From: Myxococcota bacterium
GTDB taxonomy: Bacteria; Myxococcota_A; Polyangia; Nannocystales; Nannocystaceae
Direction of reading: 5' to 3'
Length of the DNA: 64,000 nucleotides
NCBI GenBank assembly: GCA_039028615.1
Contig: JBCCHT010000008.1
Coordinates: 192,001 to 256,000, forward strand
Part shown: in pieces, positions 44,263 to 55,150 of the stretch
Layout of the letters: each line of letters begins with the position of its first letter
Position numbering within the stretch: the first letter of the stretch is position 1
Position numbers and translations under genes: made by a program
Notes under the pieces: model-generated
The model's database searches: none
Told to the model about the DNA's origin: nothing
What the model saw: the letters and a program-made list of their open reading frames with translations, nothing else

Positions 44263-45093
44263 TCACTGGGAGATGCAGTACAGGCGCGGCGCCGCGCTGC
44301 ACGGCAGGGGCACCGAGGTATCCAGCCACAGATCGTTGGAAGTGGGCAGGCCTACCGTGCCCAGGACCGAGACTTCGTCCGAGGTCCAGCCGTCGCAGTC
44401 GTCGGACATCGAGCCCGTCCACGCGAGATCTTGCACGGGTACGAGCATGCCCGACTCGTCGTAGCCGGGCAGCGCCTGCAGAGTGCCGGACAGCAGCTCC
44501 GCCTGGTCGAGCGCGAGCGTCTCTCCCACCGTGTTGACGACTTCGCCGAGCACGTCGATGCGAGCGGACAGCGGCGTCCCGGCATCAGCGAGCACCGCCA
44601 CCCAGGGCACGTTCCTCACGCCAACCCCGAGCCCTTCGCACAAGGCGTCGGCCCCGGCCAGGCTGCCGATCTCCATCGCCGACCAGTCCATGGAGGTGGT
44701 GAACAGGATATGGGCCGGGCCACTCGTGCCGCTGCTACTGCTCTCCTCGCCCGCAGTGGTGCCGCTGCTGCTCTCGTCCCCCGAGGTCGTCGACAGCTCA
44801 TCGCCCCCCGACGAGGTCGAGTCGGCCATGGACGTCGTGGGCGAGGTCGTGGCCGTGGTCGTCGAGGTCGTGCCCGGCTCGAAGGGCTCGCACACGCCTT
44901 GGCTGCACACGAGCCCCGGGCTGCAGGTGCCGTTGGGGAAGCACGCACAATCCAGCGAGCCCTGATCGCACGCACCCGTGGTGAGCGTCTCGTTCGTTTC
45001 GTTGCCGCTGGTGCTGGTCACCGGGGCGGTGTCTTCGAAGCAGCCGCTGGCCGTGACGAGGCCGAGCCCGGCCAGGAGATAAGCTAAGCGCAC
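44263..45093 (-). CDS. Lipoprotein with a DUF1554-like C-terminal domain
   Basis: VTASGC lipobox; [26 protein letters not shown]. Confidence 0.7.
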   Translation of the reverse strand: MRLAYLLAGLGLVTASGCFEDTAPVTSTSGNETNETLTTGACDQGSLDCACFPNGTCSPGLVCSQGVCEPFEPGTTSTTTATTSPTTSMADSTSSGGDELSTTSGDESSSGTTAGEESSSSGTSGPAHILFTTSMDWSAMEIGSLAGADALCEGLGVGVRNVPWVAVLADAGTPLSARIDVLGEVVNTVGETLALDQAELLSGTLQALPGYDESGMLVPVQDLAWTGSMSDDCDGWTSDEVSVLGTVGLPTSNDLWLDTSVPLPCSAAPRLYCISQ

Positions 45094-45262
45094 CGCAGGA
45101 CTATAACGCGCTGCCGCCGATCCGCGCGTGGCGCAACTCCCCGAGCCGCGAGCGGCCGAACCTCGGCCACCTACCGCGAAAATACGAGCCGTTGTGGTCC
45201 GTAGCGCAAAATACCGGTGCACGAGACTGTCAGCCCTGGAGCATGGGAACGTTGAACCGGCC

Positions 45263-46249
45263 ATGCTGGTTCCCTCGCACTGGCAATCCCTTCCCCCCGT
45301 GTCGGGCGTGCGTGTCGATCGCTACGCGCAGCCGGGCCTGGTGGTGGGTCGATTCCGCTGCGAAGCCGCGTCGCCTCAGTGGCACGCCGACAACGCGATC
45401 GGCCCCGCCCACCTGGTGGTGATTCCCCGACGCGCGGTCGAGATCTGCCAACAGGGTCGCACGCGGGTATTGGCCAGCCCGGTCCGGGCGACCTTCTACC
45501 ACGCGCACCAGTCCTACACGCGCGGCCTGGTCGACCCGCACGGCGACGAGTGCACGTACTTCGGGCTCTCCGCACCGCAGTGGTCCGCGATGGTGCACGA
45601 GATTCGAGGCACCACCGACATCGATCCGGACGCGCCCTTCGACTTCGGCAGCGGGCCCATCGATCCCACTACGTGGCTTCGCCATCGCGACGTGCTCGCG
45701 CTGCTCGACGACCCCGCCCCGCTGTCCCCCGATCGCATCCTCGAAGAGGCGAGCGAGCTAGTCTTCGGGCTGCTGTCAGCCGCGATCGAAGCGGCTGGCC
45801 ATCGGCGCCACCGGCCGAACAACGCGGCCCGAGCTCGCCGACTCGAGCTGAGCCTGGCCGTCGAGGCGTTGCTGCTGGAGAACTTCCGCGAGCCGCTTTC
45901 GTTGTCGGACATCGCCGAGCGCGTGGGCGCGTCGCCGTTCCATATGGCCCGGGTCTTCCGCGAGCACACCGGGCGCAGCATCCACGCCGTCCGCCACACG
46001 CTGCGGCTGCACGCGTTGTTGCAGCGCGTCGGCGAGCCCGGACTTCGCCTGGCCGACTTGGCCCTGGAGCTCGGTTTTTCGAGTCACGCCCATCTCACCG
46101 ACCAGTGCCGCAAGGCCTTTGGGTGCACGCCTACGGCCCTGCGCCGCGACCCCTCCCGGTTGCGGCAATGTCGCGGTCGGCTGACGAAAACCACGAGCAC
46201 GATCGTGGAAGCGGCCACAGGCAAGCAGAGCCTAGTGTCGCGTCGATGA
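45263..46249 (+). CDS. AraC family transcriptional regulator
   Basis: LSLSDIAERVGASPFHMARVFR; LADLALELGFSSHAHLT..CRKAFGCTP. Confidence 0.92.
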   Translation: MLVPSHWQSLPPVSGVRVDRYAQPGLVVGRFRCEAASPQWHADNAIGPAHLVVIPRRAVEICQQGRTRVLASPVRATFYHAHQSYTRGLVDPHGDECTYFGLSAPQWSAMVHEIRGTTDIDPDAPFDFGSGPIDPTTWLRHRDVLALLDDPAPLSPDRILEEASELVFGLLSAAIEAAGHRRHRPNNAARARRLELSLAVEALLLENFREPLSLSDIAERVGASPFHMARVFREHTGRSIHAVRHTLRLHALLQRVGEPGLRLADLALELGFSSHAHLTDQCRKAFGCTPTALRRDPSRLRQCRGRLTKTTSTIVEAATGKQSLVSRR

Positions 46250-47802
46250 GCCGAGCTCGACTTCGTCCGTCGATCCTTGCCCTGATCTTCGGTGTCGGGC
46301 TCCTACCCGGGGCGGTCGACGCCGCCCCGGGTGATTTCGTCGAAGACGACGTGCAGCTGCTGTGGCAGGCCCAAGGAGAGCCGGGCTCGCAGTTCGGGTG
46401 GGCGGTGGCCGAGCTCCCCGACATCGATGGCGACGGCGCTTTGGCGGCGGTAGTCGGCGCGCCCGCCCACGACGAAGGAGACGGCCCCGCCGGTCTGCTC
46501 GTGGTGCTCTCCGGTCGCACGGGAGACGAGCTGTTTCGGTTCAACGGGGCCCCGGGTGCGTCGTTGGGCTACGCGATGTCCGACGCGGGCGACGTCGATG
46601 GGGACGGCCTGCACGACATCGCAGTGGGCGCTCCGGCCGAAGCCTCGACGGGCCGGGTCTATGTCTACTCCGGCCTCGACGGCCAGACGCTGCTGACCCT
46701 CGACGGCGAAGAGGCCGGGGACTTTTTCGGTGCGGCGCTGGCCGGACCCGGCGACATCGATGGCGACGGCTACGACGACGTCCTGGTGGGCGCGCCTCGA
46801 GCCACGCCAACCGGGCGCGCGTACGTGATCTCGGGCGAGGACGGCTCGACGCTGCTGACCCTCGATGGCCCCGCGCCGGGCCTGCGCTTCGGCAGCGCCA
46901 CCGCGCCGGTCGGCGACCTGAACGGGGATGAGGTCCCCGACCTGTTCGTGGGCGATCGCGACGCCGGTAAGGACTCGTCCGGTCGCGCCTACGTGCTGTC
47001 GGGCGCCAACGGAAGCATGCTGTTCACCCTCGCGGGCGGCAAGGACAGCCGCGACTTCGGGTGGTTCTTCGTCGCGACCATCGGGGATGCCTCGGGCGAT
47101 GGCATCCCCGATCTGTACGTCGGAGACTTCGCGTCGGTCGCGGGGGGCAACAACAGCGGGCACCTGCACCTGTACTCGGGCGCCGACGGAAGCGAGCTGC
47201 TGAACGTGGTCGGCGCGGGGGCGGGCCAGGGCCTCGGACCCGGCCGGGGCGCGGGGGATGTCGATGGCGACGGTCGACCCGACATCGCGGGCGGCTCCTA
47301 CATCTCGAGTGACGGCGCCCCGCAGGCGGGCAAGATCAACCTGTTCAGCGGGACCGACGGCACGATCCTACGCACGATCACCAGCCTCGAGCCGGGTGAG
47401 CAGCTGGGCTTCGACGCGGTGGGTATGGGCGACGTGGACGGCGACGGTCGAGTCGACCTGCTCGCGGCCGCGGCCAACGGCAACGCGGTCTACCTCGTCG
47501 CGGGCACGCTGCCCAAAGCCCCGCCGCCGCCCCCCGGCGGCACGACCACGGGAGCGGGCGACGAGTCCTCGGGCGGGGGCGCGAACGAAGGTGATGACAC
47601 CAGCACGCCAGGGAACTCGACCGAAGTCGACTCCGAGCCGGGCGAAGGCGGCGGAGGACTCACCACCAGCCCCGCCGCCGACCCCGAAGAAGCCTCCGGC
47701 TGCAGCTGCAGCGCGTCGACGCCCTTCGAAAGCCCGTGGCCGGGCGTCGGCCTGGGCCTGCTGGTCACCGTGCTGCTCGTCACCCGCCGCGTTCGAGGGT
47801 GA
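46246..47802 (+). CDS. FG-GAP/integrin-alpha-like repeat surface protein with a MYXO-CTERM-like anchor
   Basis: Repeated GDVDGDG.xDIxVGAP; C-terminal SGCSCS...TM...RR. Confidence 0.88.
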   Translation: MSRARLRPSILALIFGVGLLPGAVDAAPGDFVEDDVQLLWQAQGEPGSQFGWAVAELPDIDGDGALAAVVGAPAHDEGDGPAGLLVVLSGRTGDELFRFNGAPGASLGYAMSDAGDVDGDGLHDIAVGAPAEASTGRVYVYSGLDGQTLLTLDGEEAGDFFGAALAGPGDIDGDGYDDVLVGAPRATPTGRAYVISGEDGSTLLTLDGPAPGLRFGSATAPVGDLNGDEVPDLFVGDRDAGKDSSGRAYVLSGANGSMLFTLAGGKDSRDFGWFFVATIGDASGDGIPDLYVGDFASVAGGNNSGHLHLYSGADGSELLNVVGAGAGQGLGPGRGAGDVDGDGRPDIAGGSYISSDGAPQAGKINLFSGTDGTILRTITSLEPGEQLGFDAVGMGDVDGDGRVDLLAAAANGNAVYLVAGTLPKAPPPPPGGTTTGAGDESSGGGANEGDDTSTPGNSTEVDSEPGEGGGGLTTSPAADPEEASGCSCSASTPFESPWPGVGLGLLVTVLLVTRRVRG

Positions 47803-47805
47803 GCG

Positions 47806-48675
47806 CTACCAGCCGCAGCCCACGGCGAAGAAGTCCTCCTTCGCCTGATCGAGGGCCTCGATCCACGCCGTCCACCAGTCGCGGGCGCGCATGACGAAGT
47901 CCGCGACCTCGGGATCGGCCATCGCCGCCGCCTCCATGGCGCTGCTGTCGAGATCGATGGTGCCGGTCGCATTGCCGAGCCCGGGGATCCGGTTGGCCAA
48001 GCGGGGATAGTCGGGCAGCTCGGCCCACTCGTCGCTCATGTCCTGGGGCAGCAGCCCGGGCAGGTCGGACCAGGCCTCGATCCACGTCATCTCCCCCGCG
48101 TCGTTGAAGGTGAACTCCTCGTAGATCGGGCAGGGCCCTTCTTCGTACTCGAACACCACATAGCAGCGCGCGAAGGGCTGGACCTCGAAGAACCGACAGT
48201 CGCGAATGGGCACCGTGGAGGGATCGATGGCCCGTAGGGTCTCGGCGGTATCGATGAGCGCGTTGTCGCCGTAACCGGTCAGCAGGAGCCACGGCGGCCA
48301 CTCCCAGCGCGCGACCTGGGGGTGATAGTTGGGCACGCTGTCTCGCGGCGCATCGATGTCCAGCGTGTCGAAGTAGGCCTCGGCCTCCGCCACGTAGTAC
48401 TCGGGCGGCATGGTCGGCTGCAGGCAGGCCGCGGTCGCGCCTTCGGTGCCCGGATCGACGCAACCCGGCGGCAGCTCGACCTCACCGCTGCTGGCCCCGC
48501 CCCCCGACGAGTCCGCGGGCGCGTCACCACTGCTGGTCTCCGTCGCGCCTCCATCGTCGGTGGCACTGGTGGTCTCGGCCTGCGGTGCTGCGTCATCGCT
48601 CGGGCACGCGGCCAGGGCCGCAGCCGTCAGCAGCCCGAGCGCAGTACGAATCGTCGTGGGACAGGCGCGTGACAC
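47806..48675 (-). CDS. Hypothetical lipoprotein
   Basis: ALAAC lipobox; conserved-looking ARWEWPPWLLLTG and CPIYEEFTFN. Confidence 0.75.
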   Translation of the reverse strand: MSRACPTTIRTALGLLTAAALAACPSDDAAPQAETTSATDDGGATETSSGDAPADSSGGGASSGEVELPPGCVDPGTEGATAACLQPTMPPEYYVAEAEAYFDTLDIDAPRDSVPNYHPQVARWEWPPWLLLTGYGDNALIDTAETLRAIDPSTVPIRDCRFFEVQPFARCYVVFEYEEGPCPIYEEFTFNDAGEMTWIEAWSDLPGLLPQDMSDEWAELPDYPRLANRIPGLGNATGTIDLDSSAMEAAAMADPEVADFVMRARDWWTAWIEALDQAKEDFFAVGCGW

Positions 48676-48762
48676 CGCTCCACCATAACGCCAGTGACTC
48701 GCACAAAACCACTCGCCGCCGCCCTCGAGCCGTGAGCGAGCGAGGGCTCGAGAGGACCTCGT

Positions 48763-49383
48763 TCAGCGACGCTTCTCGGAGATCTTCCGACCATGCATGA
48801 CACGGCGCTTGGTCGTGCGCTTGAGCTTGTCGTCTCGCCGCACCCGAAGTCGCGCCCGATGACCGGCGCGCACCCGGTAGCTCTTGCCCTCGATGGCCAC
48901 CTCCAGCTCACCGCGTTCGTTCCGCGTCCCGTGCAGTCGATAGACATCCTGCGGGTGCGTGCCCTCTTCTTCGGGGCCGAGGTTGAAGGTGATCGAAGTG
49001 CCTTCTTCGAAGCTGATGTCGATCGACTTTTCGTCCCACTTCACCGCCACGCCGGGCGTTCCCTGACGAATGACGATCTGCTCGATGTACCGCCCGCGGC
49101 GAACTCGAATGCGCCCGTGGGCGAGGCTGTCGTCGCGGGACGTCACCTCGCGTTGCAGCACCAGGCGATCGGAGACGAAGTACTGGAGCTCGGCGGGGGA
49201 GCGTCGGGGAGGCCGTGCATCTGCCTGCAGTCCGGGCAGCGTGGAGTCGTGGTGCGCCACGATCCCCAGCTCATACGCCTCTCGCATCGGCTGGGTGAAC
49301 CAGACCTTCTGCGCGCATCCACTGCACGCTACGGCCACCGCCAACCCGAGCCACCGTTGGTTTCGACGATCTCTTCCATCCAT
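48763..49383 (-). CDS. Hypothetical lipoprotein
   Basis: ACSGC lipobox; LQYFVS, TPGV, ISFE. Confidence 0.65.
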   Translation of the reverse strand: MDGRDRRNQRWLGLAVAVACSGCAQKVWFTQPMREAYELGIVAHHDSTLPGLQADARPPRRSPAELQYFVSDRLVLQREVTSRDDSLAHGRIRVRRGRYIEQIVIRQGTPGVAVKWDEKSIDISFEEGTSITFNLGPEEEGTHPQDVYRLHGTRNERGELEVAIEGKSYRVRAGHRARLRVRRDDKLKRTTKRRVMHGRKISEKRR

Positions 49384-49531
49384 TCGATTATTCAAACTAA
49401 GTGGAGCAACTGTCGCTCTCAAGTGGCGGAGCGCACGGTGCCGGGTCGTGGTGACGCCGCGCACTCCCACCGTGGATCCACGCGGGGGGATTCCCCCTCG
49501 AAGCGGCCCCGCGGGATGTTATGCAGCCGAC

Positions 49532-49882
49532 ATGACCACCGCTCGAGGCATCGTCCAGCTTCGCGTCCGAACCAATGCGCCGCGACACGAAGCCATCCCG
49601 GCCATCACCGAGGCGATGACCGAGAGCGGCATCCTGCTGGAGGACTTCCAAGAGTTCTCCAACACGATGATCACCTACCGCTTCGAGATCGACCAAGCCG
49701 AGGTCCCGGTCTTGCGCGAGCGCTTGGTCGCCGCGGACTTCGTGCTCGAGGATGTCCCCGAGGACGATCGCGACGACGAAGCCGTCTCACCCGACGACGA
49801 TGGTTTCGTCCGAGCAACTCTCCAACTGACTTTTCCCAACGAAGATGGTGACCGCCGCAATCCCAACCCGGACCTCGGCTAG
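49532..49882 (+). CDS. Small hypothetical protein (ACT-like fold possible)
   Basis: MTTARGIVQLRV...DFQEFSN...LQLTF; typical codon bias. Confidence 0.6.
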   Translation: MTTARGIVQLRVRTNAPRHEAIPAITEAMTESGILLEDFQEFSNTMITYRFEIDQAEVPVLRERLVAADFVLEDVPEDDRDDEAVSPDDDGFVRATLQLTFPNEDGDRRNPNPDLG

Positions 49883-49894
49883 CCTCGAGCTCTT

Positions 49895-50536
49895 CTACGA
49901 AGCGCGACGGTAGCGAGCGGCACAGCAGCGAGCCATGTCGTCGGCGACGAGACGCCGAGCGGCCGCGGCCAGCTTGCCTCGCAATCGCTGGCGACGTTTG
50001 TAGAGCGCGGCGGCACTGCTACCGAGACGAGGGGCGAGCTCGCATACCGGAGCTTCACCGAGGGCCATGTCGCGCAGCAAGATGTGATCGAATTGGTCGA
50101 GCCGAGGCGCAGCGAGATCGACGATGCGATAGACGAGCTGGCGATGCTCGAAGCTCGAGGTCCCGCCATGAGAGACCGGCTCGGGTAGGCCACGCTGCTG
50201 GGCGATTTCCCGCGAGCGTCGCTGGCGACCGGCCCACATGCTCATGATTCGCCAGGCCTGCTGCCACGCGACCATCCGCAGGAACGGGCCGAAGGAGCCG
50301 CGCTCGGGATCGAAGGTACGAAGCCGACGACAGGTGTCGTCGAGCAGCCAGCACCAGACTTCCTGGGCCAGCTCGCCGGCATCATCGTGGGAGCAGGCGC
50401 GACCGGCGACCTGCCGGGCGATACGAAGGACTTGGGGTTGATAGTGGTGGCAAAGGCGGCTCAAGGCGGCCGAATCGCCGCTCAATGCATTCTGGACGGT
50501 GGTGGAGTCCAGATCCGAGTTGGAAGGGGGCGTCAT
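49895..50536 (-). CDS. ECF-type sigma-70 factor
   Basis: ALSGDSAALSRL, ELAQEVW, FDPERGSFGPFL, ELAPRLGSSAAALYKRRQRLR. Confidence 0.75.
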   Translation of the reverse strand: MTPPSNSDLDSTTVQNALSGDSAALSRLCHHYQPQVLRIARQVAGRACSHDDAGELAQEVWCWLLDDTCRRLRTFDPERGSFGPFLRMVAWQQAWRIMSMWAGRQRRSREIAQQRGLPEPVSHGGTSSFEHRQLVYRIVDLAAPRLDQFDHILLRDMALGEAPVCELAPRLGSSAAALYKRRQRLRGKLAAAARRLVADDMARCCAARYRRAS

Positions 50537-50674
50537 TACAAAGGCGTTGTCGACCTCCTTCGAAAATCGTTGCGTGCGGAAACCGCGCGAAACGTAACTT
50601 TCTTTTCGAGCACCCCGTACCCATCGGCTCAGTGACCGAAGCCATTGGCCGGGGTGCTCCTGCAGACCCCGCGC

Positions 50675-51808
50675 TCAGGGATTGATCACCCACGCCTCGT
50701 GGGTGTCGACGGCGCCGAAGGCCTCGGTCGTGGCGCCGCCGGGGATGAACACGATCTCACCCAACACCGCCGCACCCGTCCCATGGCGAGGGGTCGGCAT
50801 CGGGTCGAGCACCGTCCAGCCCACGTCCGGCTCGAACACTTCCCAACTCTCGAACACTCCCGTCGCCGCGCCGGCGTTGCCCTCGCCTCCTGCCACGAAC
50901 AACTGTCGACCTCGAACCGCACCCGCTTGTCCCCCACGCGAAGTCGGCATGGGCGGACCCTCGCTCCACTCGTCGTTGGCCGGATCGTAAATGAACAGAC
51001 GATCGCTATGGCCTTCGATGGTGCCGTCACGCCCGCCCGCGACATAGACGAGGTCACCGATCGCTCCGGCCACCATGTGATCGCGCGGCTGCGGCAAGTC
51101 GGCCATCGGCAACCATAGGTCCGCCGTGCAATCGTAGGCCCACGCGTTGGTCACCGCCGTGCCTTCGCGCAGCCCTCCGATCACGAAGATCGTCTGGTCG
51201 ATCACCGCCATGCCACTGGCGCCGCGCTCGGTCCCGACCGGCATGGGTGTCGTCTCGGTCCACGTGTCCGCACTCGGGTCGTACGCGAAAGCGCGACCGT
51301 CGACCGCAAAGTCGAAACCCGTCAGAAAGCCCACGACATGGATACGCCCGTCGACCACCGCCGCGTTGGGATGGTGCATCGGCACGGGAAGCTCTGCGAC
51401 ATTTCGCCACGCTTCCATCGTTGGATCGTAGGCTTCGACCGCCGCCGAGATGGATAGATCTTCGGCGATTCCACCCAGCACATAGACCTCGCCTTCGAGC
51501 GCTACGACGGACGTTTCTTGTCGAGGACCACCCGCGACAGGAGCGAACGTGACCCACTGACCGTCGACGCTCGACGGCCCACCGCTGCTCTCCGAGCCCG
51601 TCTCGTCGATTGCCTCTGTCGTGCCGTCTGTGGTCGTTGACGAGCCTTCCGTCGTCTCGCTCGTCGTCGTTCCCGTGCTCGTAGATCCGCCCGCGGGAGC
51701 GCCGTCGTCCGAGCCGCAGGCCGCAACGATGAGTCCCCCGATCACACATGAAAGAAGGTTCGTCGTCGGTCGCGAAGACCGGGTGGCTCCTGTGAAGGTC
51801 TCGTTCAT
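50675..51808 (-). CDS. Kelch-repeat lipoprotein
   Basis: IVAAC lipobox; six repeats of the VYVxGG..YDP..W..MP..R type. Confidence 0.9.
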   Translation of the reverse strand: MNETFTGATRSSRPTTNLLSCVIGGLIVAACGSDDGAPAGGSTSTGTTTSETTEGSSTTTDGTTEAIDETGSESSGGPSSVDGQWVTFAPVAGGPRQETSVVALEGEVYVLGGIAEDLSISAAVEAYDPTMEAWRNVAELPVPMHHPNAAVVDGRIHVVGFLTGFDFAVDGRAFAYDPSADTWTETTPMPVGTERGASGMAVIDQTIFVIGGLREGTAVTNAWAYDCTADLWLPMADLPQPRDHMVAGAIGDLVYVAGGRDGTIEGHSDRLFIYDPANDEWSEGPPMPTSRGGQAGAVRGRQLFVAGGEGNAGAATGVFESWEVFEPDVGWTVLDPMPTPRHGTGAAVLGEIVFIPGGATTEAFGAVDTHEAWVINP

Positions 51809-51912
51809 GGAATCGTCCTCACCGTGAAAAAGCTACCGTAACCAAGGTCGGCTCTCTGCATAAGCCCCGAAGCGCGGCGCGTTCACACGCCGCTCGCGAG
51901 AGGTACTGGCTG

Positions 51913-53439
51913 ATGCACACACGCTTGATGATCATGTTGTCCTTGGTTTGCGCTTCGAGCCCGGCGATGACCGGCTGCGTCATTGATGGCGGAGACGGCG
52001 CTGAGGGAGATAGCTCGGGCGGACAAGACGAGACTTCCACCACCGGTGATGCCACCCCCGCGGACGCGGGCGACGAGACCGCCGGAGACGAGACCGCCGG
52101 AGACGAGACCGCCGTCGCCACCGATGGCGACACCGACGGAGAGACCGAAGGTGAGACCGAAGGCGACACCGAAGGCGTCGAGACCGAGACCTTCCGCGTC
52201 ACCATCACCAACGCGACTCGCTACCTGTCGACCACGGTGTTCAACACCCCGGTCGGCGGCAAGAACCCCGCCCCGCTGGTCAACGTCGGCGACTCCTACC
52301 AGGCGACCTTCTACGCCGTCCCCGGCGCCCGCCTGAACTTCGCCACCATGTCCGCCGCGACCAACGACTGGTTCTTTGCCCCCGAGGGCAACGGCATCGC
52401 GCTCTTCGACGGCGACGGCAACCCGAACACGGGCGACATCACCGATCAGGTCGATCTGTGGGACGCGGGCACGGAAGAGGAAGACCCGGCCACCATCGCC
52501 ACCGTCAAGGGCGGAGCCGAGGCCGGCGACCCCGATGACGACGACTCCGTCCGCGTCGTCATGGCCGACGTCTCCGGCTCGCTCACCGCCGACCTCGCCT
52601 ACGAGGACGGCGAGTTCACCCTCACCCTCACCCGCGAAGGCGAGGCCATCCTCACCCCGGGTCTGGTGATGGTGCACTCCGCCGACAACCCCTTCTTCGT
52701 CGAGGGCGACTCCGATGCCGGCTACGGCCTCGAGCTGCTCGCCGAAGCGGGCAACCCGATGGACCTGTACAACTTCTTCAACGAGGCCGGTGAAGACGGA
52801 GCGCCGCTGCGGCTGTCCTCCTCGCTCTCGCCGCTTTCGCCGGGCTTGGTCTACACCTTCCCCGGTGGCGACGGCGACCCGCTCTTCGTGCAGGGTGAGG
52901 CCGCGGGCAAGGACTCCGGCGTCGAGGAGCTCGCCGAGGCGGGCAATAACATGGTCGCCTACGACTTCCTCACCGGGGCGGGTTACTCCGCTGGGCTGAG
53001 CGAGAATGAAGGCGGCGTTGGAGCAGGTGGGGCACTCACCTTCACCGTCGAGGCCGAGCCGGGCGACAACCTCGGCTTCGCCACCATGTTCGTGCAGTCC
53101 AACGACTGGTTCCTCAGCTTCAACAACGACGGCATTCCCCTGTGGGATGAGGACGGCAACCCCATCGACTCGCAAGACGTGAGCGTGGAGGCGTATCTGT
53201 TCGACGCGGGTACCGAGGCCGACGAAGCGATCGGGTTCGGGCCCAACCAGGCGCCGCGACAGCCCGACGCCGACGCGGGCGAGCCCGATGAAGACACGAC
53301 GATTCGGCGCGTCACCGAGATCGACGACGTTCAGTTCGGCAAGGGCCTGATCGAGAGCGGTCCCGGTGTGGTCGCGCTGCATGATGCCCGTGGTGGCTAC
53401 AACCTCGTGACCGTCGAGGTTGAGCGAGTCACCGAGTAA
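51913..53439 (+). CDS. Spondin-domain lipoprotein (tandem spondin_N-like domains)
   Basis: FATMSAATNDWF..LWDAGTE and FATMFVQSNDWF..FDAGTE; LAEAGN twice; GDETA three times in the linker. Confidence 0.85.
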   Translation: MHTRLMIMLSLVCASSPAMTGCVIDGGDGAEGDSSGGQDETSTTGDATPADAGDETAGDETAGDETAVATDGDTDGETEGETEGDTEGVETETFRVTITNATRYLSTTVFNTPVGGKNPAPLVNVGDSYQATFYAVPGARLNFATMSAATNDWFFAPEGNGIALFDGDGNPNTGDITDQVDLWDAGTEEEDPATIATVKGGAEAGDPDDDDSVRVVMADVSGSLTADLAYEDGEFTLTLTREGEAILTPGLVMVHSADNPFFVEGDSDAGYGLELLAEAGNPMDLYNFFNEAGEDGAPLRLSSSLSPLSPGLVYTFPGGDGDPLFVQGEAAGKDSGVEELAEAGNNMVAYDFLTGAGYSAGLSENEGGVGAGGALTFTVEAEPGDNLGFATMFVQSNDWFLSFNNDGIPLWDEDGNPIDSQDVSVEAYLFDAGTEADEAIGFGPNQAPRQPDADAGEPDEDTTIRRVTEIDDVQFGKGLIESGPGVVALHDARGGYNLVTVEVERVTE

Positions 53440-53495
53440 CGAGGCCCGGCTCGTGGGGTGCCGGCGCTCGAAGGGGAGCGTCGGACCAACCGGGT

Positions 53496-53541
53496 GCGAC
53501 CCGTCGATGGAAGGGGCTCCATCGACGGGTCGCCTTTTTTT
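53496..53541 (+). terminator. Intrinsic terminator
   Basis: Perfect 16-bp stem GCGACCCGTCGATGGA/TCCATCGACGGGTCGC followed by CTTTTTTT. Confidence 0.9.
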
Positions 53542-53731
53542 GGTTCTCGCGACCACGATGACGTTGCCTAGCTCACGTCCGATGCCCCACGGCGTGCGTT
53601 CTTTGGCCATCTACGCCGCTTTTTCCCACCGGGCGCCCAATTAAGCCGCCTTTAAGGAGCGTCGGAGCCGCCCCACTGCTTCACTCGCCGAGGTCAGGGT
53701 CGAAGCCCACCGGCTCCAGCACGACGGCAGC

Positions 53732-54118
53732 ATGTTCCAAATACGCCCCCAGCAGGTCGAAGCGCTGTGCGCCTCTCGGCGGACCGAGTTCGAGGAACGA
53801 CTCCACGCGCATCTGTCTCGTTGCTTTCGCGCGGTCACGCGTCGGATGAGCGATGCGGAGCTCCTGGAAGTGATCCGCCACGGTGTCACCCGAGCGTCCG
53901 GCTACGGGATCGAGTCTGAGCTGGGGATCTGCAGGTACCTCAACTTGATGTTCGTGTTCGGCCGCGACTTCGACCGCAATCCTCGGTTGAGCTGGGCGCG
54001 AGAGATCCTCGACGGCGCCCGGATCCACCGCAGCCTCTCCCGCATCGACCACCTGTGCCACGAAGCGGAAGCCCACCTGGCGCACGCGCAAGGCCTCGGC
54101 TCTCGGGAGGCGGCATGA
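53732..54118 (+). CDS. Hypothetical protein resembling T6SS effector-adaptor (DUF4123 C-terminal-like) proteins
   Basis: IRPQQ..F..RL..HL...RASGYGI...YLNLMFVFGRDFD..P..WAREIL. Confidence 0.55.
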   Translation: MFQIRPQQVEALCASRRTEFEERLHAHLSRCFRAVTRRMSDAELLEVIRHGVTRASGYGIESELGICRYLNLMFVFGRDFDRNPRLSWAREILDGARIHRSLSRIDHLCHEAEAHLAHAQGLGSREAA

Positions 54119-54456
54119 CGATGGAGTCCCTGACCACGGCCGACCAGGCCGCCCGCGGTACGTTCTCGAACCGACCGATGAAGATGAGGTCGCAGCCCTG
54201 CGGCAAGCAGGGCAACCCCGGGCCTCCCCCTACGCGGTCGTCCAACGCCGACTCTTGGCTGCGGATCGAGCTGGTCGACGACGACGATGAGCCATGCGTC
54301 GGAGAGCGCTTCCGTGTCGAGCTACCCGACGGCTCCACCATCGAGGGGACGATCGGCCCGCAGGGGTGGGTGGAGCTCGAAGGTATCGATCCGGGATCGT
54401 GCACGGTGACGTTCCCACGCCTCGACGAGTCGGCGCTGAGCCGATGCTCGGCCTAG
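54115..54456 (+). CDS. Transthyretin/carboxypeptidase-regulatory-like small protein (VgrG C-terminal-like)
   Basis: WLRIELVDDDDEP..ERFRVELPDG..EG.IGPQG..LEGIDPGSCTVTFP; ATGA overlap. Confidence 0.6.
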   Translation: MTMESLTTADQAARGTFSNRPMKMRSQPCGKQGNPGPPPTRSSNADSWLRIELVDDDDEPCVGERFRVELPDGSTIEGTIGPQGWVELEGIDPGSCTVTFPRLDESALSRCSA

Positions 54457-54493
54457 AAGCTCGAGCCCCCCGCTGCAGTTTGGATTTGAACGC

Positions 54494-55150
54494 ATGAGCA
54501 AGACGGTGCAGGCCAGCGACCACGACTGTATTCACAGCATCGCGTACCGAGAGGGGATGAAGGCCGACAAGCTCTGGGAGAGCAACGAGGCGCTGAGCGA
54601 GACCGGGCGAGACCCGTTCGTGCTGAAGCAGGGGGACACCGTCAAGCTCACGACCTTCGCCGTTCCCTCCCATCAGGTGCAGACGGCCAAGACCCACCGG
54701 TTCAAGCTCCACGGCACTTCGATGCGGGTACGGGTGCAGCTCGTGTTCGCCGGTCGCCCCATGGCCAAGCGCAAGGCCACAGTCTCCATCGATGGCAAAG
54801 CCGCGAGGGCCTACTTCGCCGATGCCCAGGGTTGGCTCAGCTTCAGGATCTCCCCCGGCGTCCAGAAGGCGACGATCGAGCCCGAGGGTTTTCCGACCCC
54901 GTACACCTTGGAGCTCGGCCGAATGGACCCCGTGACCGAGATCAGCGGCGTTCAGCAGCGACTGCAAACACTCGGGTACTACCGGGGGCGCGTCGACGAC
55001 GAGGCCGGCCCAATCACCGATGATGCGCTGGTCCGGTTCCGCCGCGCGCAAGGCATGCCCGCGATCGAAAAACCGGCCTACGAAACGCTCGTCGATGCCG
55101 CCGTGAAAGAACGACTCGAAGCCTTCACCCGAGGGAAGCCGCGCTCATGA
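54494..55150 (+). CDS. LysM-like plus peptidoglycan-binding domain protein
   Basis: DCIHSIAYREG..LW..N..L..R.P.VL..GD; LGRMDPV..ISGVQQRLQTLGY..GP.T..ALVRFRR. Confidence 0.7.
   Translation: MSKTVQASDHDCIHSIAYREGMKADKLWESNEALSETGRDPFVLKQGDTVKLTTFAVPSHQVQTAKTHRFKLHGTSMRVRVQLVFAGRPMAKRKATVSIDGKAARAYFADAQGWLSFRISPGVQKATIEPEGFPTPYTLELGRMDPVTEISGVQQRLQTLGYYRGRVDDEAGPITDDALVRFRRAQGMPAIEKPAYETLVDAAVKERLEAFTRGKPRS

Noticed and set aside
52069..52175. 15-bp and 12-bp tandem repeats
   Set aside because: They encode the GDETA/GETE low-complexity linker of the spondin lipoprotein.
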